Positions 7,963-16,866 of a DNA stretch of 64,000 nt are shown piece by piece (positions within the stretch are counted from its first letter, which is position 1; the number at the start of each line of letters is the position of its first letter). The notes below the pieces were generated by a model, which was not told the origin of the DNA, searched no databases, and was given only the letters and a program-made list of their open reading frames with translations. The stretch is from Nitrospirota bacterium (GTDB lineage Bacteria > Nitrospirota > Nitrospiria > 2-01-FULL-66-17). Position numbers and translations under genes: made by a program. The DNA lies in NCBI GenBank assembly GCA_049325335.1, contig JBMOMC010000039.1, positions 1 through 64,000 of the forward strand, read 5' to 3'.

Positions 7963-10908
7963 TCACCTTGCCAGTATGTGAGAAGCAGTTCCGGTATCAG
8001 AGACAGTATCTAACTGCGTTATTCGCGAGACGACGGAGATGCCAGCGTCGTGGGCGCGTGTGACCCGGAGAAAGCGACTGATCGCCCAGGTGAGCGATTT
8101 GTCGTATTGCCGCAGAGAGTAGCTGGAAAACGTGCCGGGATCCCCAACGTCGGTATCGTTATAGACCGTGATCGCCGGCGTCAAGACCGTTTTGGTGATC
8201 GTGACCGTGGTGCCGGCGGGAATACGATGCCAGCCGAGGATGGGCTCGATGGTGCGCCCGCTTGCGTCGACCACCGTGAATCCGGCCGTCGCAAAGCCGT
8301 AATTGTTCGTGAACGTCGAGTAATTGTTGCGGGGAAAGCCCGGCTCGGATTCATACGCGAAGAGCCGCCGCTGTTCGAGGAAATTCCCGGTGACCGGCCC
8401 AACGCTCGCGTAGGCGTAATACCCGATAATGGGGGCTGTTCCGGTCGGTTTGAAGTAGTTGAGGGTGAAATTCGCCCAGTCCGCATGCGGGTGGAACGCT
8501 TCCCACGTCGTTGAAGGCACCGTAGGCAGGGGATCGCCACTCAATGCCATGACAGGCCCGTAGGTGGCTGCTGGCAGGGTATCCGTCACAGAACTGGTTC
8601 CAGTGCGAGCGATAATGGACGTAATGGTCTCCCATGGGGGATCCGGGACCGCGAGATACCGAATGGGAGGAGACGCGAACTGGTCATAGAAGACCGCCAC
8701 GATAAACTTGGCCCGCCACTCGGAGGTCGTCCTCATCCGTGCCCAGTGCTCACGGATGGCCTGCTCAACGACCGCGGTGGCCGAGTGGGCCGAGTCATCG
8801 GAGAGCCGGACGAGATGGGCGTGGGGCGTCGAATTGGTGTACCGATACTGCGTAGTGGCGATCGTAGCGTTGTGGAGCGCGGCCCGACTGGCAAACGGGG
8901 TCGAGAACGAGGGCAGATCGGTCACCGCAACTTCCGCCATGGCGGGGACCACGAAGTCGACCCGGAACGTGAAGCTAAAAGTCGTCTCGTTGCCGGCGAG
9001 ATCTCGGACGCGGATTTCGATCGTGTGCTGGTCCTCCGGAGTGGCCGTCAGCCAGTCGGGGTGGAGAAGTTCTGTGACAAGTGGGACAAGGTAATCTCCG
9101 GGAACTTGCGTAGCGAGGTTATGCCAAGAAGCTCGGACGGTCCCTCCGAGGGAATACTGCATTTGCACGACGAGGTCCGGCTTCTGAGTGAACACCGCGT
9201 TGACGTTGGGATCGGACGCGACGAAACCGAAATAGGGGATGCCGTTTATTTGCAGCGCAGCAGCATTGTCCGCCGGAACCCCGTTTAAGTCGGCTCTGCT
9301 CGTCTCTATATAAAGCGGTGGCGCATGGAGAGCCAACGCATCGGCCAGGTTGCCTGTGTAATGTTGGCCGCTCCCAATCGAAAATTCGGCATCGCTATAT
9401 TGAGCCGAAATCGTTGGCGGCACACGGTCGACTATAATGGTCTCAACTTGTTGCCTGACATTCCCCAGTTGGTCGGTGATTACAATAGGAATGCTGTTGT
9501 AGCCATCCTGCAGCCCGATCGGTGCACTCCAAGTCCCGTCCGCCTCAATTGTCGCCGTAATCCCTCGGATCGTGATGGCCGCCACTCCCGCTCCGTTGTC
9601 GGTATAGGTACCTGTTGCTACAACGTCGCGCTGATTCGTGATCGTCGGCGACCCCAGCCACACGAACGGCGCTGTGTTCATGAAATAGATCTCTAACTGT
9701 CGAGAGGACGCGTTACCCAAGTAGTCCACTGCTTGCACCCCGATCTGGTGGAGGCCGTCCGCGTAGCTCTTCGTGTTGATCGGGATCGCAGGCTGCCGCG
9801 GGTCCGCGGCGGCTCCGAGATCGGTCCCATCGATGTCGAACGTCACCGACTTCACGCCCACGAAATCCGAGACGTCCACCGTGAACGTGAATGACGCGTT
9901 GTGATAGCGCCGCTCGGGTTCAATGGGCGTGATCACCGGCCCTTCCTCATCGAGCGGAGCCGGCAGGGTCGCCCCGAACGTCTCGTGCGTAGTCGACGCG
10001 AGGTGCTGCGCCTGGGTGAGTAGAGATTGGACCGAGAGGCCGGTCTTGTTGCTCGTTGACGCCACCATGCCCAACAAGTGTTTGGCGAACTCGGCCCGAT
10101 AGGTGTTCGCGGACAGCCTGACGAGACCGAAGCCCAGATCGGTGAGCCCCGTCTCGCCTTTGTTGACTCCCCGCCCGTCGAGCAACCCGTCGGCGATCAC
10201 ATCGTTGTACATGATTTGCGACAACGCGATCGAGGTCCAAATCTCGTGAGGGGGTTGGGCATTCTGCTCGCTGGCCCAGGCCGTCCAGCTCGAGATTGCC
10301 GCAGTTAAAAAGCCGTACAAGTGTTCGTCCGTGAGCGACGTCGTCGCATTGGCTGGATCCGTGATGTTACGGGGATACGTTCTCAGGATGTCCACCCCCA
10401 CGATGCTTGAGACGGCCGTCGAGGCCTCCGTGACGGCGTTTTCGACCGAGGTCCCTTGGCGGACCTTGTAGGCCACGAGTCCGGCCGCGAGGTTGGTCCA
10501 CGGCGTCACCATCGTTGTCAGCGGCGTCCCCGATCGGTAAAACGTCACGGCGCGGAGCACCTGCCCTTCCCGAAGCGCGACGCTCTTCCCGCTCGCTTCC
10601 TCCACGTACGATCCGCCAGCGAGTTCGATCAGCACCGGCTGGTCCTCGGCCCGGATCGTCACGCTGTACCGTCCCTCCTGATCGGTCGCCCCCGTGCCCA
10701 GGGCCTCGCCCCGTTGTCCGCCCCGGAAGCTGTAGATGGTCACCGTTCCCCCGACAACCACCGCATCGACCGCGTGACCGCTCAGCGCACCCCCGGGCCG
10801 CTCGGACGGCAGACTCGCGTCTCCCCCCCCACTGCTACAGGCCGTGAGCAGAACAACACCGGCCACAAGGCCCATCCACGTTCGGTCTCGCATAGAGATC
10901 CTTGTCAA
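7963..10908 (-). CDS. Large surface lipoprotein with Ig-like domains (putative adhesin)
   Basis: Lipobox LLTAC; Thr-rich beta-strand repeats DVSDFVGVKSVTFDIDG, AVDYLGN, TDQLGN, RDLAGN. Confidence 0.75.
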   Translation of the reverse strand: MTRISMRDRTWMGLVAGVVLLTACSSGGGDASLPSERPGGALSGHAVDAVVVGGTVTIYSFRGGQRGEALGTGATDQEGRYSVTIRAEDQPVLIELAGGSYVEEASGKSVALREGQVLRAVTFYRSGTPLTTMVTPWTNLAAGLVAYKVRQGTSVENAVTEASTAVSSIVGVDILRTYPRNITDPANATTSLTDEHLYGFLTAAISSWTAWASEQNAQPPHEIWTSIALSQIMYNDVIADGLLDGRGVNKGETGLTDLGFGLVRLSANTYRAEFAKHLLGMVASTSNKTGLSVQSLLTQAQHLASTTHETFGATLPAPLDEEGPVITPIEPERRYHNASFTFTVDVSDFVGVKSVTFDIDGTDLGAAADPRQPAIPINTKSYADGLHQIGVQAVDYLGNASSRQLEIYFMNTAPFVWLGSPTITNQRDVVATGTYTDNGAGVAAITIRGITATIEADGTWSAPIGLQDGYNSIPIVITDQLGNVRQQVETIIVDRVPPTISAQYSDAEFSIGSGQHYTGNLADALALHAPPLYIETSRADLNGVPADNAAALQINGIPYFGFVASDPNVNAVFTQKPDLVVQMQYSLGGTVRASWHNLATQVPGDYLVPLVTELLHPDWLTATPEDQHTIEIRVRDLAGNETTFSFTFRVDFVVPAMAEVAVTDLPSFSTPFASRAALHNATIATTQYRYTNSTPHAHLVRLSDDSAHSATAVVEQAIREHWARMRTTSEWRAKFIVAVFYDQFASPPIRYLAVPDPPWETITSIIARTGTSSVTDTLPAATYGPVMALSGDPLPTVPSTTWEAFHPHADWANFTLNYFKPTGTAPIIGYYAYASVGPVTGNFLEQRRLFAYESEPGFPRNNYSTFTNNYGFATAGFTVVDASGRTIEPILGWHRIPAGTTVTITKTVLTPAITVYNDTDVGDPGTFSSYSLRQYDKSLTWAISRFLRVTRAHDAGISVVSRITQLDTVSDTGTASHILAR

Positions 10909-11513
10909 TACAGCACCATGACGCCAATAGACAGCCGACTCAGACTTCCAGTCACCGGCACTCCATATTGCAGGTGGATTCCGACCTCCCAGGCCCCAAC
11001 CCGGGCCAGTTCGGTGCTCGTATTGAGGACGACCGACACCGTTTCTTCGGTCCGGTCAGGATAGCGCCGAACGAGAAACCCGTCCCGATCGACGAGGTGC
11101 CTCGCCCGGAAGCGGTCGTGCGACAGCCCCAGCCCTCCGCCGATCCACGGTTTCCAGGCTCGGGAGATCCGCCACCGGTACTGCCACGCCATCGTGGCCC
11201 CGCTGGTGGTGATGTCCTGGCCGATCGCGTCGACGCCAGCGTCCAGTTGCGCCGTATGGCTGAAGAGGTGTCCGACCCACCGCTGATCACGGCCCGCATC
11301 GACGGTCGTCATCACGTTCAGGACATCCACGGCCACCCCCGTCTGGGTCTCGCCGTCGGGATCGTCGACGAACGCGGCGGAGGCCCCAAGGAGCGCACCA
11401 ATGTGCCAACGCTCTTCCGCATCGGCTGGCACGGCGACCACTGAGAACACCATCACACAGACGAGTCGGCACCAAGCCGCCGCGGGAGCGACCCGCCCGT
11501 GGTCTGTGGTCAC
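10905..11513 (-). CDS. Outer-membrane beta-barrel protein
   Basis: Signal peptide, amphipathic strands, WKPWIGGGLG, C-terminal aromatic residue (GVMVLY); start uncertain. Confidence 0.7.
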   Translation of the reverse strand: MTTDHGRVAPAAAWCRLVCVMVFSVVAVPADAEERWHIGALLGASAAFVDDPDGETQTGVAVDVLNVMTTVDAGRDQRWVGHLFSHTAQLDAGVDAIGQDITTSGATMAWQYRWRISRAWKPWIGGGLGLSHDRFRARHLVDRDGFLVRRYPDRTEETVSVVLNTSTELARVGAWEVGIHLQYGVPVTGSLSRLSIGVMVLY

Positions 11514-11600
11514 CGGCGCACGACGGTCATGCCCGCCGCGGCCGCGATCCGGTCGACCGTCAGGGTCTGGCCGCACCAGAGCTCGCGTTTAAGATTGCTG

Positions 11601-11629
11601 ATTCTAAGGGATGGGGCGCGGTCAATCAA
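11601..11629 (-). promoter_or_regulatory. Sigma70-like promoter for the barrel-lipoprotein-nuclease genes
   Basis: Minus strand TTGATT-17 nt-TAGAAT. Confidence 0.55.
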
Positions 11630-12021
11630 GCCTCCCCCCGATTCGGCGGTCGAGAGCGATCCGCTGGCTGCCCGGGCGGCACCACGCCCCGCTGGATATA
11701 CGTCCGGAACATCTCCTGCGACATCGGCTGGCGCAACGCATACTGGGCCGCGAGCCGCACAATGCGGTAGAACTGCGTGTGCGGGAGCGGCTTCCCGGAC
11801 GGATAGACAAACGCCGGTCCGTCGTTCCGCCCCTCGAGCAGTTCGTCACGCTCGACGGCGATCTCCACGGGCAGTTCAAGCGCCCGGAGCATGGGCACGT
11901 CCATCGCTATCAATTGCGGCACGATGTAGCCGTCTGCGATCAGATACAGAATCACCCGCTGGCGCGCGCTCCGGTGGCGGAGGAACGGGAGGAGCCGTTG
12001 CCACGCCTCCCCGCCCGTCAA
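11626..12021 (-). CDS. Hypothetical protein resembling a non-catalytic tyrosine-recombinase catalytic-domain fragment
   Basis: VILYLIADGYIVPQLIAM...PAFVYPSGKPL...FYRIVRLAA; catalytic R/H/Y residues not evident. Confidence 0.45.
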   Translation of the reverse strand: MTGGEAWQRLLPFLRHRSARQRVILYLIADGYIVPQLIAMDVPMLRALELPVEIAVERDELLEGRNDGPAFVYPSGKPLPHTQFYRIVRLAAQYALRQPMSQEMFRTYIQRGVVPPGQPADRSRPPNRGEA

Positions 12022-12938
12022 AAGGTGTCCTCAACGCGAATTAGTAACGGCTGGGCCGGGACCTGAATCGTCACGCTCGGACGAGTGGACTCATCCACCG
12101 CCTGCTCGCTCTCCGACAGGATCGACGACGCCGCGGCCGAACTCGCGGCGCCCAGCGGCGTCGAGCCCGTGAACTGCTGGGCCGCGGCGCCGCCCGCGGC
12201 CAGCAAACCCTTCTTGGTGCCTCGCTCGACCACTCGGGACGTGTCGTTCGAGACGCTCCCGATCAGTCCTGACATCTTGTGGAGGTCGAACACGAGGCCG
12301 TGGAGGGCGAACTCGAGCCCCGAGGGCGTGATGCCCTTCTCGACTTGAAGCTCCAGCCGCTTCGTCCCGTCGTTGTACTGCTTGTGCGCAAAGACGAGCG
12401 TGCCCGCCGGTAGCGTCTTCTTGTCGCCGGCGACATCCTCCGTCAGCTCGATCTCGACCAACCCGGGCTCCGTGTTCGTGGCCGTCCGAGTCAGCCTCCC
12501 GGGCATCCAGGCCCCGAGCCGGATCCCGAAGAGGCGTTTGAGATCGCGAGGGATGGCATCCGTCACCGGCCCCGAGGTGGTGAGCCGGGGCGGCGGGACG
12601 TAGGTCTTTTGAGAATGGTGGACCGGCCGGCCGGACTCCGCAGACGGTGCGCTCGCTGGCGACGTGGTGGGCACCTCGCCTGGCGGCGACGAGTATTTCC
12701 GGCTGTGTGGTCGCGCCGGCGGTGCCGATTCCGAAGTCTCAGACGGCGGCTGCACCGCCGGGAGGTTTACCGCAGGTTCCTCCGTCTTGGCCCGCGCCGC
12801 CCGGGCTTGCGCGGCCTGTTCGCTCTCCCGCGTGAGCTCGCGTAGCTCATCCGCCGTGATCGCGACGGCTGTGGCAGGGACGGCGAAGACCAGGGCCACC
12901 GCAAGCCCTACGAGCACCCGTGGGGTGGCCTGCGGCAC
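12018..12938 (-). CDS. virB10: VirB10/TrbI-like T4SS core protein
   Basis: Hydrophobic N-terminus, Pro-rich linker, C-terminal LPAGTLVFA...GLIG...TIQVPAQPLLIRV; likely GTG start at 12938. Confidence 0.75.
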   Translation of the reverse strand: MPQATPRVLVGLAVALVFAVPATAVAITADELRELTRESEQAAQARAARAKTEEPAVNLPAVQPPSETSESAPPARPHSRKYSSPPGEVPTTSPASAPSAESGRPVHHSQKTYVPPPRLTTSGPVTDAIPRDLKRLFGIRLGAWMPGRLTRTATNTEPGLVEIELTEDVAGDKKTLPAGTLVFAHKQYNDGTKRLELQVEKGITPSGLEFALHGLVFDLHKMSGLIGSVSNDTSRVVERGTKKGLLAAGGAAAQQFTGSTPLGAASSAAASSILSESEQAVDESTRPSVTIQVPAQPLLIRVEDTF

Positions 12939-12961
12939 GTGGCCATGGCGCGCGGCACGTT

Positions 12962-12991
12962 TTGACTTGTTCCCAGGTTCAGACCTATACT
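12962..12991 (+). promoter_or_regulatory. Antisense sigma70-like promoter inside the tra operon
   Basis: TTGACT-18 nt-TATACT, with GTG at 12997 near the expected transcription start. Confidence 0.65.
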
Positions 12992-12996
12992 GCGTA

Positions 12997-13203
12997 GTGG
13001 TGGGGACGCCATACCACAACAAACGGGAGAAGCTCGCAAATCTTCTGTTCGACCTGGTCAAGTAATTCTTGACCGTGATTGGAATTGGCGCCATCCTCCC
13101 AGGGAGCACCGTTCCTGTGCTCACCGCGACCGTCGGAGCGCTGATCGCGTTGCTCGTGCTCGGCGTCGCACTCTGGGTCACGCCGGAAAAGGAGGAGGAA
13201 TGA
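12997..13203 (+). pseudogene. Small two-TM membrane protein interrupted by an in-frame TAA
   Basis: MVGTPYHNKREKLANLLFDLVK*FLTVIGIGAILPG...LGVALWVTPEKEEE; stop at 13063-13065, reading frame continues. Confidence 0.55.
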
Positions 13204-13301
13204 CGATCATCATCATCATTCTGAGTGGCGTGGCGGTCTTCGGGGCCGCAGCCGCCGCGTATTTCAAATACGCCGAGCGGCGAGAAAAACGGCACCACTA
13301 G
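13200..13301 (+). CDS. 33-aa single-TM peptide with basic tail
   Basis: GGAGGAGGA RBS; MTIIIIILSGVAVFGAAAAAYFKYAERREKRHH; ATGA overlap with upstream ORF. Confidence 0.6.
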   Translation: MTIIIIILSGVAVFGAAAAAYFKYAERREKRHH

Positions 13302-13381
13302 CCGTCGCTGAGCCCTCCACTCCCCGTCTGCCCGCGCCTGCGGGCTCCCGCAACACCGTAGTTCCCGGCCTGTTCCCGGGA

Positions 13382-14305
13382 TCACCATTGCGCCTGCACG
13401 GTGCCCTGGTCGGTCACCACGTCGAGCCTGAGCACTTCGTGGGCATCTAGCCGCATCCCCAGCACCGTGATCACGCCGCGGACCGTGCTGTCGGGCAACA
13501 CTCTCCCCTCCACGTCCTTCGCCGACTCGATCGGCCGCTCGGCCTTGGTGGCCGGATCGACGGCCACCAGCTTGGCGTCGAGCACGGTGACCCCTTGTCC
13601 CCGGCTGTGATTCTCCAGATCGAAGACGACGATGGTGTACGGGTCATACGTCACCGCCCGATCAACATACAGCGTCAGGGTCTCGCCGCTCGTGAGCTTC
13701 GTGGTCGCCTCTTCCTTGATCCGCGTGGTCTTGGGGTTCCGGAGCGCCAGAACGCCCACGCGCGCCATCGCGCGCTGCTCAGCCTGGCGATCGATCTCCG
13801 CGGCGCGCTTCTGGTATTCGGCCTCCAGCGCCTTCGTGCGTTGTGCGGCAAGTTTCTGGATCAGGATCTCCCGGTCATCCTCCCCAAGCTCGAAGACAAC
13901 ATCGGTATAGTGCTCGGCGAGTTGCGCGGTGGTCCTGAGTTCGACGCTGACCTCGTACCCCGCGACCGTGACAAAGAGATTCCCGTAGTAGGTCGGAAGC
14001 CGCTCCCCGGCGCGCGCCGGCGCCGCGGCGATCTTTTGGGGATCCACCACGACCACGAAGGAGTTCCGCCCGTCCTTCCGCTCCGGGACAAACACCGGGT
14101 TGGTCGACGTCATGGTGAAGGGCACGTAGTCGTCGTGCTCATCGAGGATGAACGGAAACGTGAACCGCACGCCCAAATCGGGCACGAGATCGACCGTGAG
14201 GGTGGTGAGCCGCTGCAGCGTGACCGTCCGCACTCGCGGCGCGGCGTCCGCCACGCCCGCCGCGATCACCACCGCCGCAACGGCGCTAATTATCCCGAAT
14301 CGCAT
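13382..14305 (-). CDS. VirB9/TraK-like T4SS secretin-type protein
   Basis: Signal peptide, beta-rich domains with a coiled linker; lies between virB8-like and virB10-like genes. Confidence 0.6.
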   Translation of the reverse strand: MRFGIISAVAAVVIAAGVADAAPRVRTVTLQRLTTLTVDLVPDLGVRFTFPFILDEHDDYVPFTMTSTNPVFVPERKDGRNSFVVVVDPQKIAAAPARAGERLPTYYGNLFVTVAGYEVSVELRTTAQLAEHYTDVVFELGEDDREILIQKLAAQRTKALEAEYQKRAAEIDRQAEQRAMARVGVLALRNPKTTRIKEEATTKLTSGETLTLYVDRAVTYDPYTIVVFDLENHSRGQGVTVLDAKLVAVDPATKAERPIESAKDVEGRVLPDSTVRGVITVLGMRLDAHEVLRLDVVTDQGTVQAQW

Positions 14306-14930
14306 CGACCTGGATCCCCGACGTGGCCAAACTCGTCCGTGGCGTGGCGGTCACAAAGAGCGCCGTGTCAAAAGGTTGCTCCCGATGCCCTCCCTCCTGC
14401 GGGTACACGACGAGACGCCCCCGGAGCCGCACCGTCGCGTGCAGCCCGTCCCGCTCTACCACCGTCGGACGCTCGTCGCCGGTCGCAAACTCGATTCGCG
14501 AGCGCGTCTTCGCCTGCTGCACCCGCGCCAGGTACCCATCCTGCTTGATCGAGGCGATGGTCCGCTCGCGCACGGCGTCACCCATCAGGTTCAACGCGGT
14601 CGCGTAGTCCTCATAGATCGTCTCGCTATTGAGCGACAGGTAATTGCTCAGAAAGTGCATCGACGCCGCGACGAGCTCCTCCTCGGTGCGCGCCGTGGCA
14701 TCGGCGAAGTCGAACTTGCCCAGCACCCGGCCGGTTTCATCGACGGCGAGCACCGGCTGGGGCCTCAGCGTGTCGAGGAACCCCTGGCCCACGTACAGCG
14801 CGAACGTGATCCCAAAGAGCACCCACCCCAACACGGCATAGCGTTGCAGCCGACGGATCAACCAGCCGGTGGGACCGTGCTGCCGGAGCAGCTCGTTGGC
14901 CGTGATCTTCGGGGGGCCGCTCGTCCTCAT
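14286..14930 (-). CDS. VirB8/TraE-like T4SS protein
   Basis: One N-terminal TM, PVLAVDETG, NTF2-like C-terminus ending TSGIQV. Confidence 0.65.
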   Translation of the reverse strand: MRTSGPPKITANELLRQHGPTGWLIRRLQRYAVLGWVLFGITFALYVGQGFLDTLRPQPVLAVDETGRVLGKFDFADATARTEEELVAASMHFLSNYLSLNSETIYEDYATALNLMGDAVRERTIASIKQDGYLARVQQAKTRSRIEFATGDERPTVVERDGLHATVRLRGRLVVYPQEGGHREQPFDTALFVTATPRTSLATSGIQVDAIRDN

Positions 14931-16228
14931 GTCGGCGGAACCGGTGGTGGCGGGGGCTGCGCCCGTTGTTTCTTCAGACGGTTGACCATGACGCCGCGGC
15001 GCTGCTGGCGGCGGGCACGGATCTGCTCGGCGTCCTCGCCACCCGGTGCCGTCGTCCGCGACGCGGACTCGGCGGGCTCACGGGCGGCCGGACCATCGCG
15101 AGTCGGCGCCGCACCCGCGTTCCCCGGCACAGCGGGTTCGACCGACGTCCCGCCCACCGGGGTGGCACGCGGAGCTGGATTCACGGGACGCTCCCCGGCT
15201 GCCGACGCCGCGACACGATCTCCGGACACCGAGGCCGTGCGCGGGCGGGTTGATGACGGTCGAGGCTCCCAACCACCCGGCCGCGGCCCCAGCCGGGGCA
15301 GCGTCGCGGCCGCCGTGCCGCCGGCGGCCGTGACCGCACGACTGAATGTGGCCGGCGCGCGGCGCAGCGCGGATATCGAGCCTACCGCGGCCGTGACCCC
15401 CGCAGTGAGAAACGGGACCACCAACCCCGCAATCACCGTATGGTTGGCTACCAACGCCGCCGCGACAAACGCCGAGCCCACCATGATGGCCGCGATGATG
15501 AGATTCAACACCGAGAACAGGAGCTGCATCCCCGTCTGATCCAAGAGCACGCTCGGCGTCAGCCCAGCCAAGAGCGCCGTCGCCGCGTTCTGAAACACCG
15601 GCGCAAACAGGCCCAGCATGATCCCCTCGACCACGGGCCAAAGCAGCAAGCCGCCCACCAGGAGCGCCCAGCCGCGAAGGAGTTTCAGGTGCGAAGTGAG
15701 TGAGAGGGGAATCGCCACCAGCCCGTAGGCGAAAGCGAAGCTATAGCCGATGGCGTGCGCGATCTTGAGGACGGCGCCGATGAACACCACCAGGGTGAGC
15801 GAGACTCCGTAAATGAGGGCCGACACCAACAGGCCCGGAGAGCTGACGAAATCGAGCAGGGTCCCGCCCTGGGCCTGCGCCCGCTGGCCGAAGGCCTCAA
15901 GGAGGCGCTCCACCTGGTCGGTGACGAGCTCAAGCGACCCGACGCGGGCGATCATGGCGTAGACGCTATTCATAAAATCCGCAATCAGACTCGCCAGACC
16001 GAAATAGACGCTCAGGACCGTCCCCCACACCAGAAAATCTCGGATCGCGTGGCCCCACTTCCCTCCGGACTCCGTCACGTCGAGCTGGGTGGTCATGACC
16101 CGAATGGCTACGGCGATCGTGAGCAGCACGGGCGTGATGAACGTGAAAACAAACTGCCCGACATCCCGCGAGGCCTCGTAGATCGGTTGCGGATCGAGGT
16201 TCGTGATGAGCTGCGGGATACCGGTCAC
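14927..16228 (-). CDS. VirB6/TrbL-like polytopic membrane protein
   Basis: Multiple TM helices followed by a low-complexity Ala/Pro/Arg tail. Confidence 0.7.
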   Translation of the reverse strand: MTGIPQLITNLDPQPIYEASRDVGQFVFTFITPVLLTIAVAIRVMTTQLDVTESGGKWGHAIRDFLVWGTVLSVYFGLASLIADFMNSVYAMIARVGSLELVTDQVERLLEAFGQRAQAQGGTLLDFVSSPGLLVSALIYGVSLTLVVFIGAVLKIAHAIGYSFAFAYGLVAIPLSLTSHLKLLRGWALLVGGLLLWPVVEGIMLGLFAPVFQNAATALLAGLTPSVLLDQTGMQLLFSVLNLIIAAIMVGSAFVAAALVANHTVIAGLVVPFLTAGVTAAVGSISALRRAPATFSRAVTAAGGTAAATLPRLGPRPGGWEPRPSSTRPRTASVSGDRVAASAAGERPVNPAPRATPVGGTSVEPAVPGNAGAAPTRDGPAAREPAESASRTTAPGGEDAEQIRARRQQRRGVMVNRLKKQRAQPPPPPVPPT

Positions 16229-16866
16229 CGGGTCGCTCCATGGCCCAGCGCGTGGTAGATCTTCGCCGAATCCGCCAGCAGGTCCGCATCGTGCTTGGCC
16301 GCCGCGGCCGCCTGGACCTCCTCCCGCTCCCGCCGCTGGCCCTCCACGGCCGCCAGCGCCGCCAGGGTCGCCGTGGACTGGGCGATGACCTGGGTGCTCT
16401 TGCGCTCGTCTAAGTTCGTGGTCGCCTTCGTCACGTTCTTCGCCGACGCATCCTGGAGCAGGAACAGCCGATCGAGGTTGCCCAGTCGACTCAGCTGATA
16501 CCGGTAGTACTCGACATTCCCCTCCCCCGAGGCCTCCAACCGCTCGAGCTCGGCTCGTAGGGCGCCGATCTTCTCCACGCCGCGTGCGCCCTTGAGCGAC
16601 TGCCCCGGTATCAAGTCCTTGGCCAGGGCGTGGAGATCGGTGTTGACGACCGTGTCATAGCTTTGCTTGGCCTCCTCCAGCGTGCGCTGGACTTCGTTGA
16701 GCCGGTCCAACTGTTTCTTGGCCGTCTGGTACATCTCCTTCGCTTGCTTGAGCAACGCGACGACCTCGCTATGGACCGTCGGATCGTACACCGGAGTCTG
16801 GGCCGCCCCAACGGACCCGCTCAGGACCGCCGCGACGATCGTTCCCGTCACGATCCAGCGCTTCAT
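16225..16866 (-). CDS. VirB5/TrbJ-like minor pilin
   Basis: Signal peptide, TPVYDP motif, helical coiled coil; GGAGG RBS. Confidence 0.7.
   Translation of the reverse strand: MKRWIVTGTIVAAVLSGSVGAAQTPVYDPTVHSEVVALLKQAKEMYQTAKKQLDRLNEVQRTLEEAKQSYDTVVNTDLHALAKDLIPGQSLKGARGVEKIGALRAELERLEASGEGNVEYYRYQLSRLGNLDRLFLLQDASAKNVTKATTNLDERKSTQVIAQSTATLAALAAVEGQRREREEVQAAAAAKHDADLLADSAKIYHALGHGATR

Noticed and set aside
12939..13388. 150-aa N-terminal extension of VirB10 in the ORF track
   Set aside because: It is the antisense of a plus-strand promoter and peptide cassette; the hydrophobic VirB10 N-terminus begins near 12938
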